DNA of 64,000 nucleotides from Mustelus asterias (lineage: Eukaryota): positions 71,362,001 to 71,426,000 of the forward strand of contig NC_135822.1 of NCBI RefSeq assembly GCF_964213995.1, written 5' to 3'. This document shows positions 53,601 through 64,000 of this stretch, in pieces. The first letter of the stretch is position 1. The number at the start of each line of letters is the position of its first letter. The translations under genes and the position numbers were made by a program. The notes below the pieces were generated by a model. That model was not told the DNA's origin, ran no database searches, and saw nothing but the letters and a program-made list of their open reading frames with translations.

Positions 53601-54170
53601 TACCACCATGGCATTAAAACTTGCATCTTCCACATTAATTTGTGGGGACATAAGGATAGAAGGCCTTTCAGCTCCTCCAGCCTGTTCCACCATTCAGTTA
53701 GATCAAAGCTAATCTGCACCTTAACTCCATCCATCTACATGGGTTGCCTCACTTTTCATCTCTCAATTGCAAGTCAAAGTGGTGTCAGCCAAACTTGTAC
53801 TCTGCCTCAGAACTTGTGTACAAAGCCTAATCTGCAAGGATTACTGATTTGCTAAATTTTACAATGGATGTTTTGTGTTCGAGCTTGTGAATAATTACAT
53901 GTTGAGTCATTTACTAAAACTGTTCTGACTAATGTTTGAAATCTACAAACAGTAATAAAGAAACTGAGTTACGTCAACTGTTTTGCTTTGGGGCTGCCTC
54001 TCGTGGTTTTACAATGGAAATATTTATCCACTTTGTCATAGTTTTTAAACTTTAAATCCATGTAACAAAATACATCCAGTGGACACAAGTGCATTGGCAA
54101 GTATGGGACAGTGGGGTTGTTCTAATGCCAACAGATCAGCAATCCAATAGCCCAGTATAAGAACTTGGGG

Positions 54171-54260
54171 AGCATGGATTCAAATCCCACCCCGACAGCA
54201 AGCATGGGTTCAAATCCCACTCCAACAGCAAGCATGGATTCAAATCCCACCCCGACAGCG
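54171..54260 (+). repeat. 3 x 30-bp tandem repeat of a SINE B box
   Basis: AGCATGG(A/G)TTCAAATCCCAC(C/T)CC(G/A)ACAGC(A/G) repeated three times. Confidence 0.9.
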
Positions 54261-55290
54261 AGCAGAATTTAGATTTAATTCAAAGTTAATCTCAGAAATG
54301 TTGCCAACAAATTATGATGGATCGTTATTACTGCAAAAAAAATCTGGCAAGGAAATCTGCCGTCCTTACCTGGTCTGGCCTACAGGTGACTCCAGACCTA
54401 CAATGTGGTTGACTCTCAACTGCCTTCTGCCTCTTGAACTGAGTGGCTTGCTGGCCCATTTCAATCAGGGATGGGCAACAAACGCTGGGCCAGCCAGTGA
54501 CACCCAGTGGGCCAAAGGAGCTTTTCTGCGCTGTATGACTATCACCAACATCCCATTGGAGAATCAGAAAAAAGATTGGAGCCCTGATGAACTTTGTCCA
54601 CTCTTATCAGTATTACCACAACAATCAGTACTAATCGCTCACAAGGTGTGAGATATGATCTCTGAAATGCATAATTCATAATCTAACCCTTTCGCAGGCG
54701 CGCAACAGAAATTAAAAAAAGATGTAACCTATTTGCAAAGAGTTGCATTAATTCTTAACCCCCCCGCGCGGGTGGTGGCCTGCCAGAGTTACAAGACAGG
54801 TACAAGAGATATTCGGACCACAGCAGGACAAACATTGATGTGGCTGATTGAGGAATTATTCATCCCTCTCTCACAGCCGCGGGCAGAGATGCTGGAGTCG
54901 AGGCAAGACAAGGCTGGAAACTCACAGCGAGATCTTGCCCTGGCTCAGCCACAGGGCAGGGAGGACAAAATGTGGGTGCCCTGCCCCAGGAGCGGGGAGG
55001 AGACTGTCTTTATTGCCCCCGCAGTGGTCCCATCCATCGGCCAGACCCTAAGAGATGTCCCCAGCCCCTGTGTGTCAGAGATGCTCGAGTCTTTTCCCTG
55101 TACCAAGACTTCAACATCCCAATTCCCTGTTACCAGGACAACCAGCTCAATTTCAGCCAGGACAGACTCTTGACAGAGAGACGGAGGGGGGTGGGGGAGG
55201 GTGTTGGGGGACCTTGCTCAAAATAAAAGGGGGTGGAATATAAATATACAAACATGTACGCGCAGGAAGACAATAAAATTCACCACGCAC

Positions 55291-55690
55291 CGTTCACAAT
55301 AATAAATCTTCCCTTCAGCAAGGAAGTAAGATGCTCTCGCCTTCTTCAGCAGATCGAATGTATCCCAGTCATTGTATCCATTTGAAGAGTGTATCAATGA
55401 AGAATTCGACACTGTAGCAAAGAATGATTGAGTCCAGCCTGGAAACTAACCCATCGCCAACAAACCACTGAAGAAATCATCTTTCCGCAGAAATCCAGCG
55501 TCCTGCGTCTGGCTCCTGAGTTGGGGTGGGGAGGGAGGGGGGGTTCGGGGTGGTGAAAGCGGTAAAGGCTGGAGATATAGATATATCAAAGGAGATCTTT
55601 TCTGTCTCCCCCCGCGGTAGCTGCAGCAGCCACTTCATTCATAAAAAGCAAGCGGGGTGGCTTTCTGCAGCGAGCAGAGTGCGAGGCGCT
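55291..55690 (-). other. RHOBTB2: Probable non-coding first exon of RHOBTB2 (start approximate)
   Basis: Unique sequence directly downstream of the promoter motifs. Candidate donors AACG|gtgcgt (exon end 55291) and CGTG|gtgaat (55284). The first coding exon has a splice acceptor, so an upstream exon must exist. Confidence 0.5.
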
Positions 55691-55830
55691 GGCAGAGAGG
55701 TGGGGGGGGCAGCCTCCCTGCCCCCTCCCCATTGGCTGCAGCATGGCCCCGCCCACCACTGCGTCACAATGCCCTCTGCCCACTCATTGGCCGGCGCTGA
55801 GGTCCATCATTCCCACACCGGAAGAGTCTG
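55600..55830. promoter_or_regulatory. Probable RHOBTB2 core promoter (CpG-rich, TATA-less)
   Basis: Repeat-free GC/CpG-rich stretch 5' of the gene. CCAAT on the minus strand at 55731-55735 and 55786-55790, GC box CCCCGCCC 55747-55754, CRE-like TGCGTCA 55760-55766, ETS CCGGAAG 55818-55824. Confidence 0.75.
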
Positions 55831-56464
55831 GAAGCCCTCCCCCTGGGGACAGAGACACAGAGCCTTTGGGTGGTCCCAAACTCCCCAGTCTATGCACACC
55901 CACCCCCCATTCACAACACACACTCTCCCAGAAACTGCCTCAACATCTCGATCAAAATCTCAAGCACTCCCTGCAACTCTGCTGCAGTTGCTCAGGACTG
56001 CCTGTCTTCACAACCTCACTCTACTCCTTCCTCTCCCAGTCTGTCTGTCTCTCTTGCCTTTTTCTTCACACCAGCTAACAGCCACTTCCCCCGAAGCTGA
56101 GGGTCCGGCCCGGATCTCACAGCCAAGGGCTATTCCCGATGGACTCCGGTGGACAGCTTGCGAGGATAAACACCAAAGCAACTTTGGAAAGTGTTGATTT
56201 TGCGTAAGTGTTGTTGACCTCATTCTGACTTTTGTGTTAATGAGTGACAGCGTGGCTTTGCTGCAGCTTTTCCTCTCAGCCTCTCATGTGTCTGGCTGTG
56301 AGTCATGACTTATTCAAAATCTTCTCCAGTCACTTACATGACCATCTTAAGTGACCTGTCGCCCCGGTAAAGTGAGCAGCGCATATCAAACTTCAAGGAC
56401 ACAGGAGAGTGCACGTTGTATGATTGGTGAAGACATTGTCTATGCATTTAATGCACTCCAATTC

Positions 56465-56783
56465 ATAGAATCATAGAATCCTACATTGCAGAAGGAGGCC
56501 ATTTGGCCCATCGAGTCTGCACCGACCACAATCCCACCCAGGCCCTATTCCCATTACCCCATGCATTTACTCCAGCTAGTTCCACTCACACTAACGGCGA
56601 TTTAGCATGGCCAGTCCATCTAACCTGCACATCTTTGGTCTGTGGGAGGAACCAGAGCACGCGGAGGAAACCCACGCAGACTCGGGAGAACGTGCAGACT
56701 CCACAGAGACAGTGACCCAGGCCGGGAATCAAACCCGGGACTCTGGTGCTGTGAGGCAGTAGTGCGAGCCACTGTGCCGCCCC
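56465..56783 (-). mobile_element. HE1-like SINE, tail type A
   Basis: Consensus match. Confidence 0.85.
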
Positions 56784-56899
56784 TTTGAATGGAGGTTAAA
56801 TGCATGCGGAAAATAAGATGTTTCTAAACTCTGTTGTAAAACATAACACTGCAAATGAAACAGCATTGAATCCAACTCAATAGCTAACCCAAAGGGCAT

Positions 56900-57565
56900 C
56901 AGTGCCATTGCCATCGCTGAATTCCCCACTATCATCATCCTGGGGGGTTACCATTGACTAGAAACTCAACTAGACCAGCCATATGAACACTGACTGCAAG
57001 AGCAGGCCAGAGACTGGGAATACTGTGGCAAGTAACTCACTTCCTGACTCCCCAAAGCCTGTCCACCATCTACAAGGCACAAGTCAGGAGTGTGATGGAA
57101 TCCTCCCCACTTGCCTGGATGGGTGCAGCTCCAACAACACTCAAGAAGCTTGACACCATCCAGGACAAAGCAGCCCGCTTGATTGGTACCACATCCACAA
57201 ACATTCAAGCTCTCCACCACTGATGCACAGTGGCAGCCTTGTGTACTATCTACAAGATGCACTGCAGCAACTTACCAAGGTTCATTCCTCAACACTTCGC
57301 AAACCCATGACCACTACCAGCTGGGGTAGCAGACACATGGGAACACCACCCCCCAAGTCATTCACCATCCTCACTTGGAAATACATTGGCCATTTCTTCA
57401 CTGTCACTGGTTGCCCTCCCAAGCAACAGTGTGGGTGTACCTACACCTCAGAGACTGCAAAGGTTCAAGAAGGCTGTTCACCACCACCTTCTGAAGGGGC
57501 AATTAGGGATGGGCAATAAATGTGGCCCAGCAGCGATGCCCACACCCCATGAATGAATTTTTTTT
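56900..57565 (+). mobile_element. Non-LTR retrotransposon 3' fragment (CR1/jockey-group, distinct family)
   Basis: ILGVTID*KLN, TPQSLSTIYKAQVRSVMESSPLAWMGAAPTTLKKLDTIQDKAARLI. Its tail also occurs at 21825-22010. Confidence 0.8.
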
Positions 57566-59235
57566 AAATGATGCAATTCCAAGGTCAGGTCCTGATGGAG
57601 GATTGTCTCACAGTTATGAAGTGTCACTGGCATTTATATTATATCTTTAACGCAGTAAAACCAAGCCGTATGGGAGATACTGGGACAGTTTGGCCAGAAA
57701 TGTCAGCTTTAAGGAGTGTTTTAGAGGAATGAGAGTCAGGGAAGATTTTGCAAGGGAATCTCAGAACTTAAGCCCCAAGCAGCTGAAGGATCCATAGTGG
57801 AGCGATGGAAACCAGTACCAACGCAGAAAATGCTGGAAAAGCTGACAGCATCTGCAGTAATTTGCTTTTATACTCTGATGGAAATCAATAATGTGCAAGA
57901 GACCAGGATTGGAGGACTGCAGAGATCTTGAAGGATTGGAGGAGCTTTTTTGATTTGATTTGATTTATTATTGTCACATGTATTCGGATTTAGTGAGAAG
58001 TATTGTTTCTTGCGCGCTATACAGACAAAACAGAGTTAATGGGGAGAAGGAAAGGAGAGGATGCAGAATATAGTGTTACAGTTACTGAAAGGGTGAAGAG
58101 AAAGATCAGCTTAAAACATGATAGGAACATTCAGAAGTCTGATGGAAAAAGAGAATTATTAGGAAGTTTAAAAGAGTTAGAGTACAGTTTTAAGAGCTTA
58201 GAATGAGGGTAAAAGACTGAATTCGAGGGTATGCTGGGGACAGCTTGCAAGAAGTCGCCACGCTCCGGCACCATCTTCAGATATCGGATATTTGGAGAGA
58301 TTATGGAGATTGGGAGGATTGTAGGGGCTGCAGGAAGTTACAGAGATAGGGAGGGGAGACACCACTGAGGAATTTTGGAAACAAATATGAGAATGTTATA
58401 AATCTTGTTCAATTCAACTGGTTCAAAGGTTCCCCGATACCCTTCTAATTTCAAAAAAACATGGATTGATTTAGCCCCTTTCACAACATCAGAATGTCTC
58501 AAAGTGCTTGACAGCCAATAGGGTACCTTTTGAAATGTCATTTCTGTTTTAATGCAGGAAATGCAATGACCAATTTTCACACAGCAGACAAGTGTGATCA
58601 CAACCAAGTGTGATTCACAAACAAGTGTGATCATTATCGCTGCCTTTCACTGGTGCTGATCAAGGGATAATCAGAAAGGATCTCAGTTTAATATTTCATC
58701 TGAATGATGGCACATCCAACAGTGCAGCACTCCCTCAGCACTGCACTGGATGTCAGCCGAGGATTTAATGTTCAAGTCTCTGGCTTGGAACTCAAAACAA
58801 TGACTTTCTGATTTAGAAGCGAGAGATTCAACTCAGCCATCAGCCCAGCAACCATCACTTTCTCTGTTTAGGCAGCAGGATTGCCATTATTGGCTTGCTT
58901 TGAGAATTCTTCCACCTGGGCTTATTTTAATTGGGCCAATTGGTGCGGCATTTCATTGCTCCAGGGTCAGTACTACAAACACCCAAGAAGGGTGTCATGG
59001 AAAGCATAGTCCAATCAAACTGTACAAACTGTAAAGCCACTAAGTTCCATTTCAGCAAAACCGAACAACCAAATCATGATATTCTGACCAGTGTGAATGA
59101 AATGTTCACTGGTCATGGCCCATTGTGTGAATTGTCCACCCTAAATTAGACATAGCTTTTGGGGCTAAAGGGGTCAAGGGAAATGAGGGGGAAGGGGGAA
59201 ATCAGGATATTGATTTTGATGATCAGCCATGATCA

Positions 59236-59970
59236 AAGTAGAAATGGTCGCAAGCTTCAAGTTTTTAGGTGTCCAGATCATCAACAACCCGTTCTGGTCG
59301 CTACATGCTGATGCTATAGTTAAGAAACCCCACCAATGCCTCTACTTTCTCAGGAGGGTAAGGAAATTTGGCATGTCCGTTACAACTCTCACCAACTTTT
59401 ACAGATGTAGCAGAGAAAGCATTTTTTCTGGTTGTTTCACAGCTTGATGTGGCTCCTGCACTGCCCAAGACAGGGGCAATTATTTCACTCAGAGGGTGGT
59501 GAATGTCTGGGACGAGCTGCCAGAGGCAGTAGTAGAGGCGGGTACAATTTTGTCTTTTAAAAAACCACTAAAGTTATATGGGTGAGGTGAGTATAGAGGG
59601 ATATGGACCAAATGAGGGCAATCGGGACTAGCTTAGTGGCAAAAACTGGGCAGCATGGACAAGTGGGGCCGAAGGGCCTGTTTCCATGCTGTAAACCCCA
59701 ATGACATTATGACCACAAGAAACGACAAAGGGTTGTAAACAAAGCCTAGTCCATCACTCAAACCAGCCTCCCATCCATTGACTCCGTCTCCACTTCCCGC
59801 TGCCTCGGCAAAGCATCCAGCATAATCAAGGACCCTATGCACCCTGGACGTAATCTCTTCCACCTTCTTCCATTGGGAAAAAGATACAAAAGTCTGGGGA
59901 CACGCACCAACCGACTCAAGGACAGCTTTTTCCCTTTTCAGACTTTTGAATGGACTTACCTCGTATTAAG
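59236..59970 (+). mobile_element. Rex1/Babar-like LINE 3' fragment with a nested CR1 tail (about 59472-59705)
   Basis: VEMVASFKFLGVQI..KKPHQCLYFLRRVRKFGMS..LTNFYRC..ESI, then RTNRLKDSFFP. Related tails at 37935-38180 (+) and 57950-58145 (-). Confidence 0.8.
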
Positions 59971-60729
59971 TTTTAGGCATGTTCATTTTTTAAAAATTAA
60001 GGAATAAAGTGAACATTTGGAGCAGAGCCAAGTTTTCACTTTGCCACTCAGCTGGAGGGAAGAGCAATTTCAAAGTTTCAATTCAGTCGAGGTTTGAATC
60101 GGAGACCACTCGCTCGTCCTTAAGTGGTCAGCTAACAGCTTTGACCTCATGCTCAACTCACCTCCAATTTAAAATGGGATATTGTGCAAATAAATCATTC
60201 TAAATTATGCACGGAGCTCTGATGGAGTTGCAGAAAAATATCTAAGTGACGCTCAGCCATAAAGCTCATGGCCATTGTCAATAGTGTACATGTTACATTT
60301 CCATGGGAACGGATGACAATGTTTATTCATGCTCTGTCAGCCTGTAACACAAAGGAGACCTTTTCCAAAAAGCGATCCTTAGAGGCTCTTGCAATCTTTG
60401 CAGAATCTGATTGGTACGCATTATCAGTAGAGGTCATCTTCTTCCACTCAGTTGGAGCACAATGTTTGACATGTGAGGGAGGTAAAAGCTTTGGGGAATA
60501 TTTTACATTTTCTCTTGGGGTTTATTTCAATTAAGCTGCATTTTTTTCCAAATTATTATCCCTTTTGGTGTCTTGTATTCATAAAAGGAGCAACACCAAT
60601 AACTTTAATTTATATACTGCCTTGCACAAACTTAGGCCCTATTCATCTGGCAATAAAAGGAGTCCTTTTCCCAAGTGTAGTCACTGCTGTTATTGGAAAA
60701 TTCATGGCTACAATTCTCTGGCTTTTAAC

Positions 60730-60913
60730 CCCGACGGGATTCTCTGGCCCCGCTGGCAACATGGTCCCGCTTGCGGGCTTCCCGCCGGTGTGGGATGAGG
60801 GCAATGGCAATTCCCATTAACAGCAGCGGGACCAGAGAATCCCACCGCTAGCAAACAACACGCCAACTCCCGCCAACGGGACACACGTGGCTGGGAGGCC
60901 AGAGAATCTCACC
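60730..60913. repeat. GC-rich short palindromic interspersed repeat (MITE-like)
   Basis: Internal inverted pair gggattctctggccccgctg / cagcgggaccagagaatccc. A relative lies at about 728-868. Confidence 0.55.
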
Positions 60914-61629
60914 CCATTTCATTCAAAATTACATTTTGCATTTCAAATACAGATTGGGTGGGACTTTGCAGCCTCGCTCGAGCGAGACCGGAAATTCCTG
61001 CTCGAGGTCAATGGACATTTCCATTGCCCACTCCTCGCCCACTCCGATTCCATGGTGGGCGGGACGGTGGAGTTGCAATCTAAACACTTGGATGCTGACT
61101 TGGAGTTTTTTTTCAATGAGAGTCATAAGATTACCTTTAGATTGGGAGCAAGCCTCCCTTTTTGTAAGAAATCACCGAACCAGCATGGTACTTGAAGGGG
61201 GAAGAACTATTTCTTTGTTTTGAATTGCAATCATTTTAATTGCTGGTGGAAAATCTGGCAACGGCAAGGACTTACTGGAAACCGCATGACAGAGACAAGC
61301 TTTAATTCTGGACCTGTATTTTTGAATTCAGTGTGTTTTGGGAAACAAGCTGAGAAGGAAGGTTGTCCAAACCCACTCTCTTCCTGCCTTTCCTGAAATT
61401 CCACACAACCTGTTGCCAGATATTCCTTGTCGGAGGAGAACTCTTCTGCATTTAGAAACCTGAAAAGCTGAGACAAGAAGAATTGACCCTGCTCTATATT
61501 CTCCTCCATACCGAAGCTTCAAAACTCCCAGACGTCACCCAGATTTCACATGAGGGAACTCTCGATCAAAACATTGTGAACTTTATCCTTTATGTTATAA
61601 AGCCTGAATGCCGAAGTTATAATCTCTGT

Positions 61630-61709
61630 ATGTGTGTGAGTGTGTGCATGCATGCAATGCATGCGCGTGTGCTTGTATGTGTCTGTGTGTGCGTGCATGT
61701 GTACATGTG
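61630..61709. repeat. Imperfect (TG)n microsatellite
   Basis: Directly visible. Confidence 0.85.
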
Positions 61710-61714
61710 AACAA

Positions 61715-63459
61715 ACAGAACAAAGAACAAAGAAAAGTACAGCTCAGGAACAAGCCCTTTGGCCCTCCAAGCCCGTGCCGATCATGATGCCCGAACTAAA
61801 CTAAAGAAAAAAAATTTTCTGCCCTTACTCAGTCCGTATCCCTCTATTCCCCCCTTATTCATGAACCCATCCAGATGCCTCTTAAATGTTGCGAATGTGC
61901 CTGCTTCCACCACCTCCTCTGGCAGCGCGTTCCAGGCACCCGCCACTCTCTGCGTGAAAAACCTACCCAGCACATCTCCCTTAAACTTTCCCCCTCTCAT
62001 CTTGAACCTGTGCCCCCTTGTAATTGACACTTCCACCTTGGGAAAAAGCCTCTGACTATCCACCCTGTCTATGCCTCTCGTAATTTTGTAGACCTCTATC
62101 AGGTCTCCCCTCAACCCCCGTCTTTCCAGTGAAAACAATCCTAGTTTATTCAACCTCTCCTCATAGCCAACTCCCTTGAGATGAGTCAATGTCCTGGTGA
62201 ACCTTCTTTGTACTCTCTCTAAAGCTTCCACATCCTCCTGGTAGTCTGGTGACAAGAACTGCATGTAATGTTTCAAATACAGCCTAACCAAGGTTTTATA
62301 TAGCTGCAACATGATTTGCCAACTCCTGTACTCACTGCCCTGGCTGATGAAGGCAAGCATGCCATATGCTTTCTGAATCACCTTGGCCACCTATGTGTGG
62401 AACTGTGGCCTGCATGCCCAGATCCCTCTGTATGTTAATGTTCCAAAGCGTTCTGCCATTTACAATGTAATTCACACCTAAATTTGATCCTCCAAAATGC
62501 ATCATCTCACATTTGTCCGGATTAAAATCCATCTGCCATTTCTGTGTCCAAGTCTGCAATCTATCTATATCCTGTTATATCCTCTGACAATCCCCAGCAC
62601 TATCAGCACCAATCTTCGTATCATCCGCAAACTTACTAATCAGACCACCCACATTTTCCTCCAGATCATTTATATATACTACAAACCACAGAGGTCCCAG
62701 CACTGATCCCTGCGGAACAGCACTAGCTATAGATCTCCATTCTGAAAAACACCCTTCCACCACTACTCTCTGTCTTCTATGGCGAAGCCAGTTCTGTATC
62801 TATCAAGCCAGCCCACTCCAAATCCCATGTGATTTCAGTTTTTGTACCAGTCTGCCATGTGGGATCTTGTCAAATACCTTACTAAAGTCACGTCCTTCTT
62901 CTTGGTGAATGCCAATACAAAGTACTCATTAAGGATCCAGCCCACTTCCTGTGGCTCCATGCCTAACTTCCCCCCATTGTCCTTGAGTGGGCCTACTCTT
63001 TCTCTTGCTACCCTCTTGCTCCTAATATATGCATAAAAAGCCTTGGGATTCTCCTTGACCCTGTTTGCTAAAGACATTTCATGGCCCCTTTTAGCCCTCC
63101 GAATGCTGTGTTTCAGCTCCTTCCTACTTTCACTACACTCATCAAGGGCTTCCTCAGTTTTTGGATGCCTACACCTTTCAAATGCTTCCTTTTTCCTTTT
63201 GACTAAGCTTACAATTCCCCTTGTCATCCATGGTTCCCGAATCCTGCCATTTCTATCCTTCATTTTTGTGGGGATATGCCTGTCCTGCATTTAAATCAAC
63301 CGGCCTTTAAAAGCCTCCCACATGCCAGATGTGGATTTGCCCTCAAATAGCCACTCCCAATCCGCATTCCCCAGTTCCTGTCTAATTTGGATGTCATTGG
63401 CCCTCGCCCAATTAAGTACCCTCACCCAAGGGCCACTCTTGTCCTTATCCATGACTACC
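61715..63459 (-). mobile_element. CR1 LINE, internally deleted, interrupted on its 5' side by an LTR
   Basis: VPQGSVLGPLWFVVYINDL..SKFADDTK, KENPKAFYAYIRSK and the C-terminal motifs. Confidence 0.93.
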
Positions 63460-64000
63460 TGCTATAGTTCAGGTCAGAAACTCCAGAGTGTTTTATGAAG
63501 TCTGTCTGGATCATAAGTTTTGCAATTTGAATTTGGCACGGGTGAGCATGAGATGTTTCATTTTGGGTACGATTCAAATGATCCACGAGGGAGCTTTTAT
63601 CAAACAAAATGTATTTAAGAATACAGTTAACATCCAGAAAGAAACTTAACAATAACTTTTACCAATTACAAACAAGAAAAAGAACCAACCATGATATTGT
63701 ATGAACCTTAACAGCCAAATACCATTCCAATCAATCAAATCCCATGAGCAAAACCCTTGGCACAGGTTTCACACAAAAAATACAAATGCTCACGTGATGC
63801 TGGAACTGAGTTATTTGGTTGGATGCTACAGCTCTCTTTATGCATACACAGACAAGCTGGAAGTCGGAATAGCTTCCCAAAACATCAGGGAGAGAGAGAC
63901 AGGCTCTAGGTACTAACTAGCAAACAGCCAACAGCAGAACTTTCACTCCAGGAAGGCAAGAAGCCTTGCTTCCAGCTAGCCAGCAGAATTTATAATACCA
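63460..64000 (-). mobile_element. LTR of the same family, opposite orientation, truncated by the window edge and interrupting a CR1 LINE
   Basis: caggtcagaaactccagagtgttttat and gcttttatcaaacaaa match the reverse complement of the 3' parts of the two solo LTRs. Confidence 0.75.

Noticed and set aside
54171-54260. CRISPR-like array
   Set aside because: Head-to-tail units with no spacers, eukaryotic context, and no cas genes.
55526-56197. 223-aa ORF across the promoter
   Set aside because: GTG start, and a stop-poor frame is expected in GC-rich promoter DNA. No homology recognised.
58588-58633. Three copies of an approximately 17-bp CAAGTGTGAT unit
   Set aside because: Local slippage duplication inside an old SINE.

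Overview
Vertebrate genomic DNA, almost certainly from a shark or ray, given the dense HE1-type V-SINEs, CR1/HER1 LINEs and Deu-type SINEs. The window holds the 5' three-quarters of RHOBTB2 on the minus strand: seven coding exons (37317 down to 2349, 611 codons, all GT-AG and phase-consistent), with the last two exons beyond the left edge. A CpG-rich CCAAT/GC-box promoter and probable non-coding first exon lie near 55.3-55.8 kb, and the promoter may be bidirectional. The introns are mostly transposable elements. Notable ones are Penelope-type repeats carrying two families of minimal hammerhead ribozyme motifs (one intact copy is sense to the pre-mRNA), a decayed Ty1/copia (GalEa-like) relic, three solo LTRs of one family, a Tx1-type L1 inserted into a small LTR-like element, and a 58-bp-arm palindrome related to that element. 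There is a 422-nt N gap. No CRISPR array, rRNA or true tRNA gene was seen. Family assignments come from recalled motifs, not database searches. Repeat boundaries without TSD support are approximate.
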